Assembly: GCF_006345805.1 (NCBI RefSeq)
Contig: NC_042999.1
Coordinates: forward strand, 71,362,001-71,426,000
Source: Octopus sinensis
Lineage: Eukaryota
Reading direction: 5' to 3'
Length of the DNA stretch: 64,000 nucleotides
The notes under the pieces were generated by a model. That model was not told the DNA's origin. It searched no databases and saw only the letters and a list, made by a program, of their open reading frames with translations. A program made the position numbers and the translations under genes. Shown here one piece after another: positions 51,881-64,000 of the stretch; position 1 is the stretch's first letter, and every line of letters begins with the position of its first letter.

Positions 51881-52310
51881 AACTCGAAATTTTCTTATCA
51901 AAGTCGGATCTTTTCCTATTGAACGGCAGTTTGTAACATAATTTCTAGGTAACTAAAAAATTTTGAACTTCGTATACTGGTAGAATGTGTTTATGAAACA
52001 TCATTTTCTTTTGGTTTTATTGAGAAAATTCTATAGGTTGTAACATATTTCGTCTAACATTTCTTGCATTTCGGCAATTTTAACCAATAAATTACCTCCA
52101 TTGACGTAAATAATTTCTGTGCATAATGAATATGTCCCTCGTTTAAGAAACAGATTGGGTTTATTTACATTTGTGAAGAAAAAAGATACCCTTCCCCTAC
52201 CCTAACCCTAACTCTAACCCTAAATCTAAAATAGATTGAAATGCAATAGATCGATACTAGGGTTATAATTATGGGTGACAATTTCATACGACACCGCTAT
52301 AAAAAACTTA
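51878..52310. mobile_element. Probable non-autonomous DNA element carrying short telomere-like (CCCTAA)n
   Basis: accctaaccctaactctaaccctaa at about 52199-52224, inside a block that starts at a (TA)n edge. The family assignment is uncertain. Confidence 0.4.
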
Positions 52311-52496
52311 GCGCGTGTTAGTTTCATGGGTTTGATTTCTAGGAAAGGCAACAAATAATAGCCTTGAGACACTCGCTCAAGACGAATATTGCTGTTTAGA
52401 AGGCTTTCAATAACATATGCATTCGAAGTAACTATTTATCTGTCTGTCTGTCTGTCTTTCTATCTATCCATCTTTCTCTCTCTCTCTCTCTCCCCC

Positions 52497-52541
<45 letters not shown>

Positions 52542-52840
52542 CACACGGAAATAGCAGTCAAAACTGAATCTAGGCCCACATCATGTATTCATATTGTACA
52601 GGTGAAATTTCTTTGTTCATTTGTCTTTTCACTTGTGCTATATAAATACATGATGAGGTTCTAGAGTCAATTTTGAGTGCTATTTCCGGCATGGTGGTGC
52701 CTCTTCGGTATCCTTAATTATAACTATATTTATATCATTATATATTTATAATAATTATTACCTGTACGGTTTTTACATCCTGGCCGCTTGATATGATGGT
52801 CTTATATATCTAAATAATGGTCATATATATACATACATAT

Positions 52841-52918
<78 letters not shown>

Positions 52919-53309
52919 CATTTCGCTTAGGAATGTTCAAGCATTCAATTTCTGTATATCTAACATTTTTTCTCATTTAGTACTTTTCACCCTTATATAT
53001 CAGTCATAATAAACATGTAAAATTTATTTATTTTATAGAAAAACTATTTTCACAGGAAAGTTGGAAAATGGCGGTGTATTTATTTATGAAATATATGGGA
53101 ATACATTGTGTTTTGTAGTATATGATTATCAGAAAAGGGGGTCATATATAGAAGTGTCAAAATATTTTATCAGAATATCCTCATATTAGAAAACAAATAG
53201 CAGAAAACCTAGTTCAAATAATTTTGAATGTAAGTTTAGCTTTATGAAGTAATCAAGTGGTGGATAAAATCCCCTTCCTCCCTGTACATATTGGCAATCG
53301 CTAAGAGTC

Positions 53310-53825
53310 TTTCATTGTATCTTATTTGCCGGTGTTGTTTTAAAATCCTTCTGACACTGGTTCACAAAGTATTCAACTGTTGAACCTATTGACGCTTGGT
53401 CTTTGAGGGACTTTTTTCAATAGGGTTCTTCACACTTCCGCAGTTCTACACACTACGAAATGTTGATGGCCGACGTGGTGATTTTTTTTCTCGATATCAC
53501 CTGACCCCTCGAAGTTTGTAACGGAAAGCAAAATCACCTTTCAGGATGGTGTCTGTCCCTTCCCAAGATGCTATGGGAGTTTTCTTGGGGCTGCAATGAT
53601 GGATCTTTGGCTCGTGAAGTGTACTTTGACCACATATGCAATTTCACTTGGAGCTCACGACATTCTGAGGGTCAGAGCCTCCAGCTACCTGTAAAACATA
53701 GTAACATCTTAGATACTATGTTGAACTTCTGTATATGCGTTATGTGATAAATATATATGGTGCGCTATGCCATTTTTATAATCTAAGATACTAGCATTTA
53801 AAATATGTCCCATAATTATGGGTCC

Positions 53826-53828
<3 letters not shown>
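53310..53828 (-). pseudogene. Tc1/mariner-superfamily element 5' part (TIR + DUF4817-like HTH)
   Basis: TA|cagggacccataattatgggac; then PSEIAYVV.V.FTSQRSIIAA.RK...KKSPRRPSTFRS...TSVRRIL. Confidence 0.75.
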
Positions 53829-53868
<40 letters not shown>

Positions 53869-54006
53869 ATATATTATATATATATATATAATATATATAG
53901 ATGTATATATATAGATGTATATATATATTATATATATATATATATGTATTATATATATATATGTATATATATATGTATATAATATATATATATGTATATA
54001 TATATG

Positions 54007-54038
<32 letters not shown>

Positions 54039-54039
54039 G

Positions 54040-54077
<38 letters not shown>

Positions 54078-54281
54078 TATTATATATATATATAATGTAT
54101 ATATATATATATGTATATATATATGTGTATATATATATATATATATATGTATATATTATATATGTATTATATATATATGTATATTATATATGTATATATA
54201 TGTATATATGTGTATATTATATATATATATATATATTATATATATATATATGTATATATATATATGTATATATATAATATG

Positions 54282-54317
<36 letters not shown>

Positions 54318-54519
54318 CTATATGTATATATATAGTATATATATATATATTATATGTATATATATATATGTATATATATATATATGTATATATATATATG
54401 TATATATATAATATATTATATATGTATATATATATATATGTATATATAGATATATATATGTATATATATATAATATTATATATATATATATGTATATATT
54501 ATATATATGTATATATATA

Positions 54520-54564
<45 letters not shown>

Positions 54565-54604
54565 GTATATATATTATGTATATATATATATGTATATATA
54601 TGTA

Positions 54605-54680
<76 letters not shown>
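53829..54680. repeat. About 850-bp interrupted (TA)n tract
   Basis: Almost exclusively T and A with sparse G; the source of many IY/YI ORFs. Confidence 0.97.
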
Positions 54681-54681
<1 letters not shown>

Positions 54682-54755
54682 GAGAGTGTAGCAAGGCAAA
54701 CATCGGTGCCCCAGCATGGTCGCAACCCTCGGGGGTGTGAAACAGGAAAAATAAA
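54682..54755 (+). mobile_element. LINE/SINE-type 3' tail variant
   Basis: tgtagcaaggcaaacatcggtgccccagcatggtcgcaaccctcgggggtgtgaaac parallels the tail at 36640-36700. Confidence 0.55.
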
Positions 54756-54888
54756 TATATATATATACATCGGGTGTGGTAAATAAACTTCTAAATTATG
54801 CAAAAGTGAAAATATCACGGACATATCATTTTAACAGATATATGTACACATAAAATTCAATAAATACTCGAACTTATATATATGGACG

Positions 54889-54973
<85 letters not shown>

Positions 54974-56334
54974 CTGTTTGTATGTATATAACTCTGTGTG
55001 CATTATTTATTGATATATATATGCATATATAAATGCATATATATTGATATATATATATATATATTGATATATATATATATTGATATATATATATATTGAT
55101 ATATATATGCATATATAAATATATTGATATATATATGCATATATAAATATTTATTGATATATATATGCATATATAAAAAATACATATACATATTTATGTG
55201 TGTATGTTGTGTGCGCCTGTTTGTGCTAGTGTGTACTGTGTGTGTGTATGTGAGTGCGTATTAGAGAATATGCATATAGGTAGATATAAAAAAAATCTTA
55301 ATCAGTAAATACATAACACAACAGAAAATTATACGTTCATGCATAATATATTCGAACATGTGTGCATATACACACCTATACTCATCCCAGTTTAAAGAGG
55401 TGATACTTAAATATTTAATTTATCGAAGGAAAGAATTCTGATGGGGATCGATATTTAAACGTTCAAGTAAATCATGTGTCTGTAACAAATACCTTCCGGA
55501 ATTTTCTAAAAAGTTGTAAATCACAGAGAAAAGAATCATGGAATCAATAACACGCCAACGGCCTTTTAGGTATCGCTTTTCCTCCTAACTTTACATGATT
55601 ATTATAGAAGGATCCGCCTTTTGAGTTGTTAGTTCAGCATGACATAGCTTCTTGACAAATATATTGACAGGAATTAACGGGATTCGTTGAGAAATATAGC
55701 GATAGATATCGTTCCGTAGATCAGTTGTTTGCTTTGTAATAACGTGGTTATGGTTGGATATTACTGCAGATATTTATGGATAAGAGTCCTCAACTTGTAG
55801 CTTCAGATTGACCACCAAACTCTTTGTGCATGGAATTTGGTTAACAGAAACTGTGCGCGCGCCTGTCACCTACAAACATAAACATACATACTCATACATT
55901 TACTCACACACACACACGCACACACATACGTGAAGTCAGCAGTATCACACTTCAAATGCCTTTGATTATAAATCTCTTGAATCAGAGCTGATCTTTTGTA
56001 AAACAGCAACAACAGCAGCAGTAGCAGCAGCACTTATCATAATAATTGATCTAAGCAATTGATGACACAACATATAACACCACTGATGATTTCTTCAAAT
56101 TTATCTTTCTCTGTTCTAATTTGCTTCTATGGTTTAGAGGAGAAAGGGTAGTGGCCTACGAATATAAATGCCACCGATATCTTTAGAGAGGAGCGATCTT
56201 TAGTCTGAAGTGCTGATCCAACATTTTGGAACAGAGTAAAATCTGTCGAAGGCTGGATTAGAACTGGTTACTGGGATGATATCAAACAAGGCGACGGAAT
56301 AAATTTACCGTAAAGAACAACTGTCTGGCAGTTT

Positions 56335-56465
56335 TGTTTCACTTTCTGTCAACCAACTTTCACTCACAAAGTTTTGATGCATCTGAAACTACGGTAGGTG
56401 ATTCTTGTCCGTTCTATGCAGTGGGATTGAACTCAAAACTCCATAAGAGTAAATCTAACTTTTTA
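56335..56465 (-). mobile_element. Very old SINE family A fragment
   Basis: cactcacaaag...atgcagtgggattgaactc. Confidence 0.4.
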
Positions 56466-56979
56466 CCTGTTGGGCATCCCTACTTCATTTTGTGCTTAGT
56501 ATACAGAACGTTCATCGGAGGTATTTTCCGCCAGCTATATTGTTGATTTTCATAATCTGCGTCACTACTACCACGCTAAAAAAATGTGCATTGTATTCAT
56601 TTTTCGTTGGACAATTTTTCGCTGATTTCACCATTAGGCTTTTAAAGACCAATACTTCGTCGAACTACATTGTGTGTATTTCTCCAACATTTTTCCCAAT
56701 TGACTTGTCGAAGTGTTATCTAGCATGTTGGTTATTGATTTTCAACAACCTAGAAAGATTTTGCTCTCTAATTGCAAATATAATCGCAGTTAATCGGAAT
56801 TTTGGAATCTACTACATTACAAATATGGTACTCTACCATATATATATATATATATATATATACAAAGCACATATAGATAGATAGATGAATATATATACAT
56901 ATGTATATATGTATATATATATTTATACATACATGCATACATACACACACACATACACACATACACACACACACCACAC

Positions 56980-57032
<53 letters not shown>

Positions 57033-58867
57033 CATGTATATATGCAATACTACATAGACTCAGAAAATGAGGTACAAATCTGAAAATAATTCAAAGGTAA
57101 CTGAATCAAGAAAAGTATGCATGATGTTTATTTTATCGGACCTAAAACCAACAAGCAGTACCTTCAAAAGAGTTGAGATCGGAACATTCTAAACATAAAG
57201 CTCAATGCCTTTCTGTCATTTATTCGAGTCAGATACCATTTCAAATAGCTCACTCTTTAGGTAATGGATTTAGGCATAGTAAATAAATGTGTAAGGTGGA
57301 GAAGCAGATGGAGATTTTGTTTATTAAATGCCTGCATAATACGTTGTCCTCATTTTTCAATTCTCTGCATTATATAGGTGAGAGACACTCGCATTTGTTT
57401 ATTGTGTTAAAAACCCAATGTTGATACTCCTTGGGAATGAGATACTGAAATGAATACGCGACATAGTTGGATGGTTAATACCGAACTTTTCAATTAATTT
57501 TGGGACTGCCACTGTAATCATTCACAATGATTATAAAGATGAAATTCGCATTTCATTGGTTTTGAAAGAAAATATATGAATTTACTATTCATGAATCTTT
57601 TCAAATATTCTTTAGTGATGTGCCAAAGCTTTCCGCTGCTTATTAACAATTTCAAGGAAATTTAATAAAACATTTCTGCAACATTCATATTTATGAAATT
57701 ACTTGTTACTTGTTAATTATATGTGAAATTTTATGGCTACGTATGCAGAAAGTAGTGTTCACTATACCCAAAGAGAAATTTTTGTCTTGGAAATCATATA
57801 TATATATTCGTATACAGGCAAGTTTTTAAAATGATAAATTTTGAAATTAAAATTTACACATATGATTTATTCCGTTTCTGTTACTTATACACTCACTTAA
57901 ATACACTTTCTCTCTCTTTCTGTTTCTCTCCCCCTCTCCCTTTATTGCTCTTCTTCTCAAACAAGAATACACATTTCTATATACAGTGAATTTTGTGTGA
58001 GACATGATGAATTGTATGAAGGGCAGCAATAACTATCGCTCGTATTAATTAAATTTAAGCATTGAAAATATAATACAAATGTAGCCATGTATTCAAAATT
58101 GATATTAATAAAATTTTTAATATGACATTCTAGATGTTACTGTTTGATCTCTTTAAATAAGTCTGCGTATATTTAATATATACCAGTAACTTGTCAAACT
58201 AATTAAGCATGTTTACGTTTTCTTAAACGAGGGTTTATTACAAATCTTAAACTTCGATCGCTCTCTATATGAATTATTCATTATGTGCGATAAACGATTA
58301 CGAAAAATTAACCAAAGTTAGCAATTTGCCAGACAATAAGATTTTCAAAGTTTTCTCTTAGTTTTTTATGTAAGAAATGAATGATGCGCAGTATTAAATG
58401 TTATATGCGACTGCGTGGGGCAAAATGCTTTTCAATAAATAACAATACCTCAATTGAAATATCAACATTGCATTTAATTTTTTAAAGAAATCGTCATTTC
58501 ACTTACGCTGCTAACGTTGCGGAAAAAGATGGATACAGCCTTTGGGGAAAATGGAAATGAAGCCAATATTAAGATTGAGGAAGGGCGTTGAATCAGAAGA
58601 ATTAGTAAAGCGTAGGTGAAAATACCAAGAGGTATTTAGTGAAGTGTTTATACGTTCTGGAATGAAATGTTGTCAGTAACGAGTTTGCCTTTTATATTTC
58701 TATATAAATGTCAGTTCAGTATTAGGGTTGAACATATTCGTGTATTCCTGCTCATTTACCATTTTGTTACTACTTCGCCGAAGATTGTTATTGCTTTTTT
58801 TAAATTATGCAAACTTCATATTCAAATTTACCTAAATTAAAATTTTCCATCAAAATTTTATGCGCTA

Positions 58868-59289
58868 AGGCGCAGGCGTGGCTGTGTAGTAAGTAGCTTG
58901 TTTACCAACCACATGGTTCCGGGTTCAGTCCCACTGCGTGGCATCTTGGGCAAGTGTCTTCTACTATAGCCTCGGGCCGACCAAAGCCTTGTGAGTGGAT
59001 TTGGTAGACGGAAACTGAAAGTGGCCCGTCGTATATATGTATATATATATATATATGCGTGTCTATGTTTGTGTGTCTGTGTTTGTCCCCCTAGCATTGC
59101 TTGACAACTGATGCTGGTGTGTTTATGTCCCCGTTACTTAGCGGTTCGGCAAAAGAGACCGATAGAATAAGTACTGGGCTTACAAAAAGAATAAGTCCCG
59201 GGGTCGAGTTGCTCGATTAAAGGCGGTGCTCCAGCATGGTCGCAGTCAAAATGACTGAAACAAGTAAAAGAGTAAAGAGTAAAGAGTAA
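58868..59289 (+). mobile_element. SINE family A, full length, young-looking
   Basis: A box TGGCTGTGTAG, B box GGTTCAGTCC, internal microsatellite, hairpin tail, (AAAGAGT)3 end. Confidence 0.92.
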
Positions 59290-59371
59290 TCTGTTCTCCA
59301 AACAGCAGATTAACAATAATAAACATATTTTATAAAATACTTCATTATTTTCAAAATTATTCTAAACAAAG

Positions 59372-59783
59372 TCGCAGACGTGACTGTGTGGTAAGAAGTT
59401 TGCTTCCCGATCGCATGCTTCCGGGTTCAGTCCCACTGCGTGGCGCTTTGGGCAAGTGTCTTCTACTACAGTCTGGGGTCGACCAATGCCTTGTGGTTGG
59501 ATTTGGTAGAAGACTGAAAGAAGACCATCGTATATATGTGTATATTTATCTCTGTGTCTGTCTCTGTGTCTGTGTTTGTTCTCCAACACCGCTTGATAAC
59601 CAGTATTGGTGTTTACATTTCCGTACATAAGCAGTTCGGCAAAAAGAATAAGTACTAAGCTTTAAAGAAAAAAAACTACTGAGGTCGATTCGTTGTTCGA
59701 CTAAAATACTCCAAGGCGGTACCCCGGCATGACCTCAGTCTAATGACTGAAACAAGTAAAATAGGAAAGATAAAAGATAAAAA
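59372..59783 (+). mobile_element. SINE family A, full length, older subfamily
   Basis: Colinear with 58868 but more diverged; lies about 80 bp downstream of it. Confidence 0.88.
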
Positions 59784-60436
59784 GACAGTATATTTCAGAA
59801 AATGGTTGAATGTACAAAATCACAATAGCGGTAAATTCTAAAGTAGTAGCGAACACTTTAGAATTTATCGCTATTGTTATAATGAACAAGAGGATAATTT
59901 CTGTTTTTCAGAACTAGTCTACGAACTAGTTTCGTTACCCAGTTAGAGCTAACATACGTCTGTTGCTGTAAACCATGAATATCATTAAAATTCTGACCTT
60001 TTTATAGAAAAAAAAATGAATATCTCATTATCATCAATTGTCTTTTTGTAAACTTATATCATAATGAGAAATGAATCTCTATCAAAACAAAGAAATGTGA
60101 TGGGGAATCTATCTATCTATCACGTGCCTGCCTCTAGTGGGATTGAATGCTACAATCTAGTCTCCAACAATACACTACATCTCTCGTGAAGAATATAATT
60201 TATTTTAAAGTTACAGCATTTAATTTTCATATACGGTTTCGATATATTAGTTGTTCTCCAATTTTCTTTTTGTTTTGAAATGCTTAATTTTTACTTAGTG
60301 TCTATTTTTAGTTTGGAAAGCAATATATTTATCGTCTGCACAATTGTTTTCTAAGGAATACATGCTTTCACATTAATCGTTATCTTGTCTTCTGTATGTG
60401 AATGTCTCTCTCTCTCTCTATCTACCTATCTGCTTG

Positions 60437-60589
<153 letters not shown>

Positions 60590-61496
60590 GCCACCGTCTA
60601 ACTCACAGCCCAATCAGTTTTGGCCCACGAAATACAATAGACCACTTTAAAAAGTAGCAAATCTTGACCTGTTAATTTTATATAATGTATTACACAATCC
60701 TTACCTATCTTAGACAAGATATCCCCCATGTGCACACACCAGATACTTGCAAAACATTCAAATATTCCTCAACATATACCACACTACCTGAAAAAGGAGA
60801 TAAAATGTACTTCAGTGAAAGGTACTAAAATTATAAGTGAAACTTTTATGTTGATGGCATAAATGCTTTTGGTCCGAGAATTCTTCTTCGATCAAGGCTA
60901 AAGTGCAATAAACAATTTCGATATGAAATAGAGAACGAGTTTCTTCTTAGTAATAATAATTTTAAATAAACTGTCTCCACTAAATCATATATTTCTTACT
61001 GAGGTCAGCTTGGGAAATAAATAAGACATCACGATAAGACACATTCACGATTTTTTAGATACATTTCACATCCATATCTTGGTTTCAGATAGGTACTTAT
61101 TCAATAAAAGCATGATATTCTTTAATGATCCACTTATATATTTATCTATTTTCACAGACACACACATACACACACAGACACATGCACACACGTACACATA
61201 CATATACACGCATGCACACACACATACACGTAGGCACACACACGCACGCACACACCTCAGTACAGACACTCATACAAGCACCCACGCACATACGCATACT
61301 CGCACACACACATACACATACGCGCACGCACACACACACACACGCTCGCGCACGCATTCACGGACACACGTACACGCATAAAAAGAAATGTTTAAAATAA
61401 AGTGCGAAGGAATCGTAAAATAGTTAAAATGAAAAGAAACGATATAGGAATGCAGTGAAAGTTTCAAAGCAACTCCATAATTTATCTTATAATATT

Positions 61497-61712
61497 GGTT
61501 TCAAATTTTGGCACAAGGACAGCAATTTCTGGAGAGGGACTAAGTTGATTACATCGAGCCCTAGTGCTCAACTGGTACTTATTTTACCGAGTCAGAAAAA
61601 ATTGAAAGGCAAAGTGGACCTCGGTGGTATTTTCAACTCAGAGCGTAAGACGGGTGAAATGCCGCAAAGCATTTTGACCGACGTGCTAATAATTCTGCGA
61701 GCTCACCACCCT
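61497..61712 (-). mobile_element. SINE family D
   Basis: ggtttcaaattttggcacaagg...gaaaggcaaagtggacctcgg...gcgagctcaccacc. Confidence 0.8.
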
Positions 61713-62081
61713 TATTCAACATAGAATATTAACAATTACACCTTACAGTTAGAAGTTAGAAAATAAAGTTTATGTATATCAATTACAATTAAAAAGTAAT
61801 GGTTTGGAAATCGTTCGTATTCGACAAGTAATGAGAGAGAATTTGTAAAAGTTATGAGATATAAAGCTATCATAACTTCCAGGTAAAAGATGAACTATGT
61901 ATCGATAGGGGAGCTATCAATATGCTCGCCAAACCGGCTCAAGTAACAAATATAGAAATTCTAAGGAAATGTGAAATTTGATGTGGCAATTACAAAAGCT
62001 AAAGGGATGGCAAATAAAACTATGTAACCTACTATATTAATATAATGATACAACCCCATAAAACTACAACACAGAGGTGTG

Positions 62082-62127
<46 letters not shown>

Positions 62128-62130
<3 letters not shown>

Positions 62131-62466
62131 GGGTAAAGACCCCCTTCGGTCATGAATGACCATGGGATTGCACCTAGAAAGTTACCCTCCTAGACACAAG
62201 TCCGGGCAAGGTTGTTTTTTTTTATGGAAGGCCAGCAGTCGCCCATGCATACCAGCCTCCCCTCTCCACGCCACCAGTGTTATCCAAGGGAAAGACAAAG
62301 GTCGATACAGCTTGGCACCAGTGACGTCGCAACTCATTTCTACAGCTGAGTGAACTGGAGCAACGTGAAATAAAGTGCCTTGCTCAAGAACACAACACGC
62401 AGCCCGGTCCGGGATTCGAGCTCACAACCTCACGATCGTAAGCTCGACGCTCTAACCACTGAGCCA
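62128..62466 (-). mobile_element. tRNA-derived SINE, head B + tail 3
   Basis: Head B as at 1862 and 48376; a different tail ending catgaccgaagggggtctttacccctt. Confidence 0.85.
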
Positions 62467-62856
62467 TATATATACATACATGCATACATCTATATATATA
62501 TGTATATATATATGTATATATATATGTGTGTGTGTGTGTGTGTTTGTGTGTATACAACTTATAAACAAGGGCAAAAGAAAATATATATATATATTTGTGT
62601 ATGTATATATGACTGACAAGGGAGGCTAGCTTCCTCAGCACCTGGACGTAACCAGATCATACTGATTTCGCATTTATATTTATGTTCGTTAATGACTCTC
62701 ACCCAGCGCCTTGGTTTCCACTCATCTCATCCCGTCAGTTTATAAGAAAGATTATCATAGAAATCATACGCTGATTTCCTAAGTGGTAAAAGTGAAACTT
62801 ATGAACAATAAGGGTGGCTGGTTAGCAATTTTACAACCGAAAGCCAGAAAGATATA

Positions 62857-63289
62857 CGTCACTAAAGTGATGAGGGGCACTAGTCAGCACCAGTATTGCT
62901 AGAAATAAGAGTTAAAACAACCACAGCCACAAGAAGCACTTATCTTAATGACTGATAAGATAAGTGCTTCTTGTGACTGTGAGTTGTTTTAACCACCCTT
63001 ATTATTTACAATTTTCACTTTTACCGTTTAGGAAATCAGCGTATGATTTCTACGATAATCTTATGAACTTACAAGGCGAATTGAGTTTAACCCAAGGTGC
63101 TAGGTGAGAGTTAATGACGTGCATTAATGTAAATGGGAAATCACTGTGATCTGCTTATACCTAGGCGCTGAGGGAGCTTGCTTCCCTTATCAGTCATTAA
63201 GATAAAGTGCTTCTTGTGGCTATGAGTTGTTTTAACTCTTATTTCTAGCAATACTGGTGCTGACTAGTGCCCTCAGTTACTTTAGTAAC

Positions 63290-63290
<1 letters not shown>
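62857..63290. mobile_element. Foldback/MITE-like element with about 104-bp TIRs, flanked by TA
   Basis: 62857-62959 is the near-perfect reverse complement of 63186-63290; TA lies at 62855-56 and 63291-92. Confidence 0.8.
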
Positions 63291-63333
<43 letters not shown>

Positions 63334-64000
63334 GTATATATAATTGTATATATATATACAACTATTCAGATACAAAAACACAAACACACACACACACGCG
63401 CACATCCACACACACACACACGCACACACACACACACATACACACACACACACACTCACACACACTCTCTCACAAGACAATGATAAAAAGGAAATACAAA
63501 CAATTTATTGAAAAGTGACACTTTGCTCCCCTTGGAGAAAACAACTTGATTTACAATCACTGTAAGCCAATAAGAATTATTATTATTATTGACAAACATA
63601 CTAAGTGCAAGGAAATCAACAAAATTTCTCCTCTTCTACCTCCTTTCCATCTTTTTCCTTAATAACCCTTCCAGACACAAACACACACACACATACACAC
63701 ACACACACACAGACTCTCTCATGCCCCCCCCTGGAGTAAACATTCTGACCAGCTACAAAAAGACCAACAAAACAATTTTTTCTTCTTTCTCCCCCTTTTC
63801 TTCCCTTCCTTCTTTTTCTTTAACGCCCTTTCAGATACAAAAATCACACACACACACACATACACACACACGCACACACGCACGCATGCTATATGTCACT
63901 TTCTCCCCATTCACCACCCTCTTGTACTATCTTATATCCCTTCCCACCACTACACATTCAATAACACTATAAAATGGTCAAATTTTCCCCAAGAACTTAA

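Noticed and set aside
52773-52820. Possible 48-nt minus-strand micro-exon (IYKTIISSGQDVKTVQ)
   Set aside because: The acceptor is weak, it sits beside (TA)n, and it has no partner exon.
56492-56884. 130-aa hydrophobic ORF with a GPCR-like W..(8)..ERF motif
   Set aside because: The TM1-TM2 and TM2-TM3 spacings are far too short for a class A receptor and no further helices follow. An ORF of this length is roughly expected by chance in this much AT-rich DNA.

Overview
Eukaryotic, AT-rich, microsatellite-saturated DNA. The repeat complement matches what I know of octopus genomes (inference: tRNA-derived SINEs of the kind described for Octopus, Penelope-like elements, R4/Dong-like, CR1-like, RTE and Tx1-like LINEs, Tc1/mariner fossils). 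I can assign no confident host gene. Almost all ORFs in the supplied track are translations of (TA)n, (CA)n, (TATC)n or (CT)n repeats, or of TE fragments. The only host-gene hint is a phase-compatible exon pair at 41107-41149 and 42009-42091 followed by TE-poor, UTR-like DNA. I found no rRNA, no intact tRNA gene and no CRISPR array. The most interesting signal is a set of minimal type I hammerhead-ribozyme folds in the tails of several Penelope-like families, each with a different core: canonical CUGACGA (15764), U4C (37320), U6 (50942, 47366), and an apparently compensated A3-U8 core (45963) in an otherwise complete fold. The window also shows head/tail module swapping among SINEs, SINE tails shared with LINE 3' ends (with a covarying hairpin), a Dong-like cluster in (AAT)n, and several foldback structures. 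SINE family letters A-D are my own labels. Coordinates were read by hand; TE boundaries are approximate.
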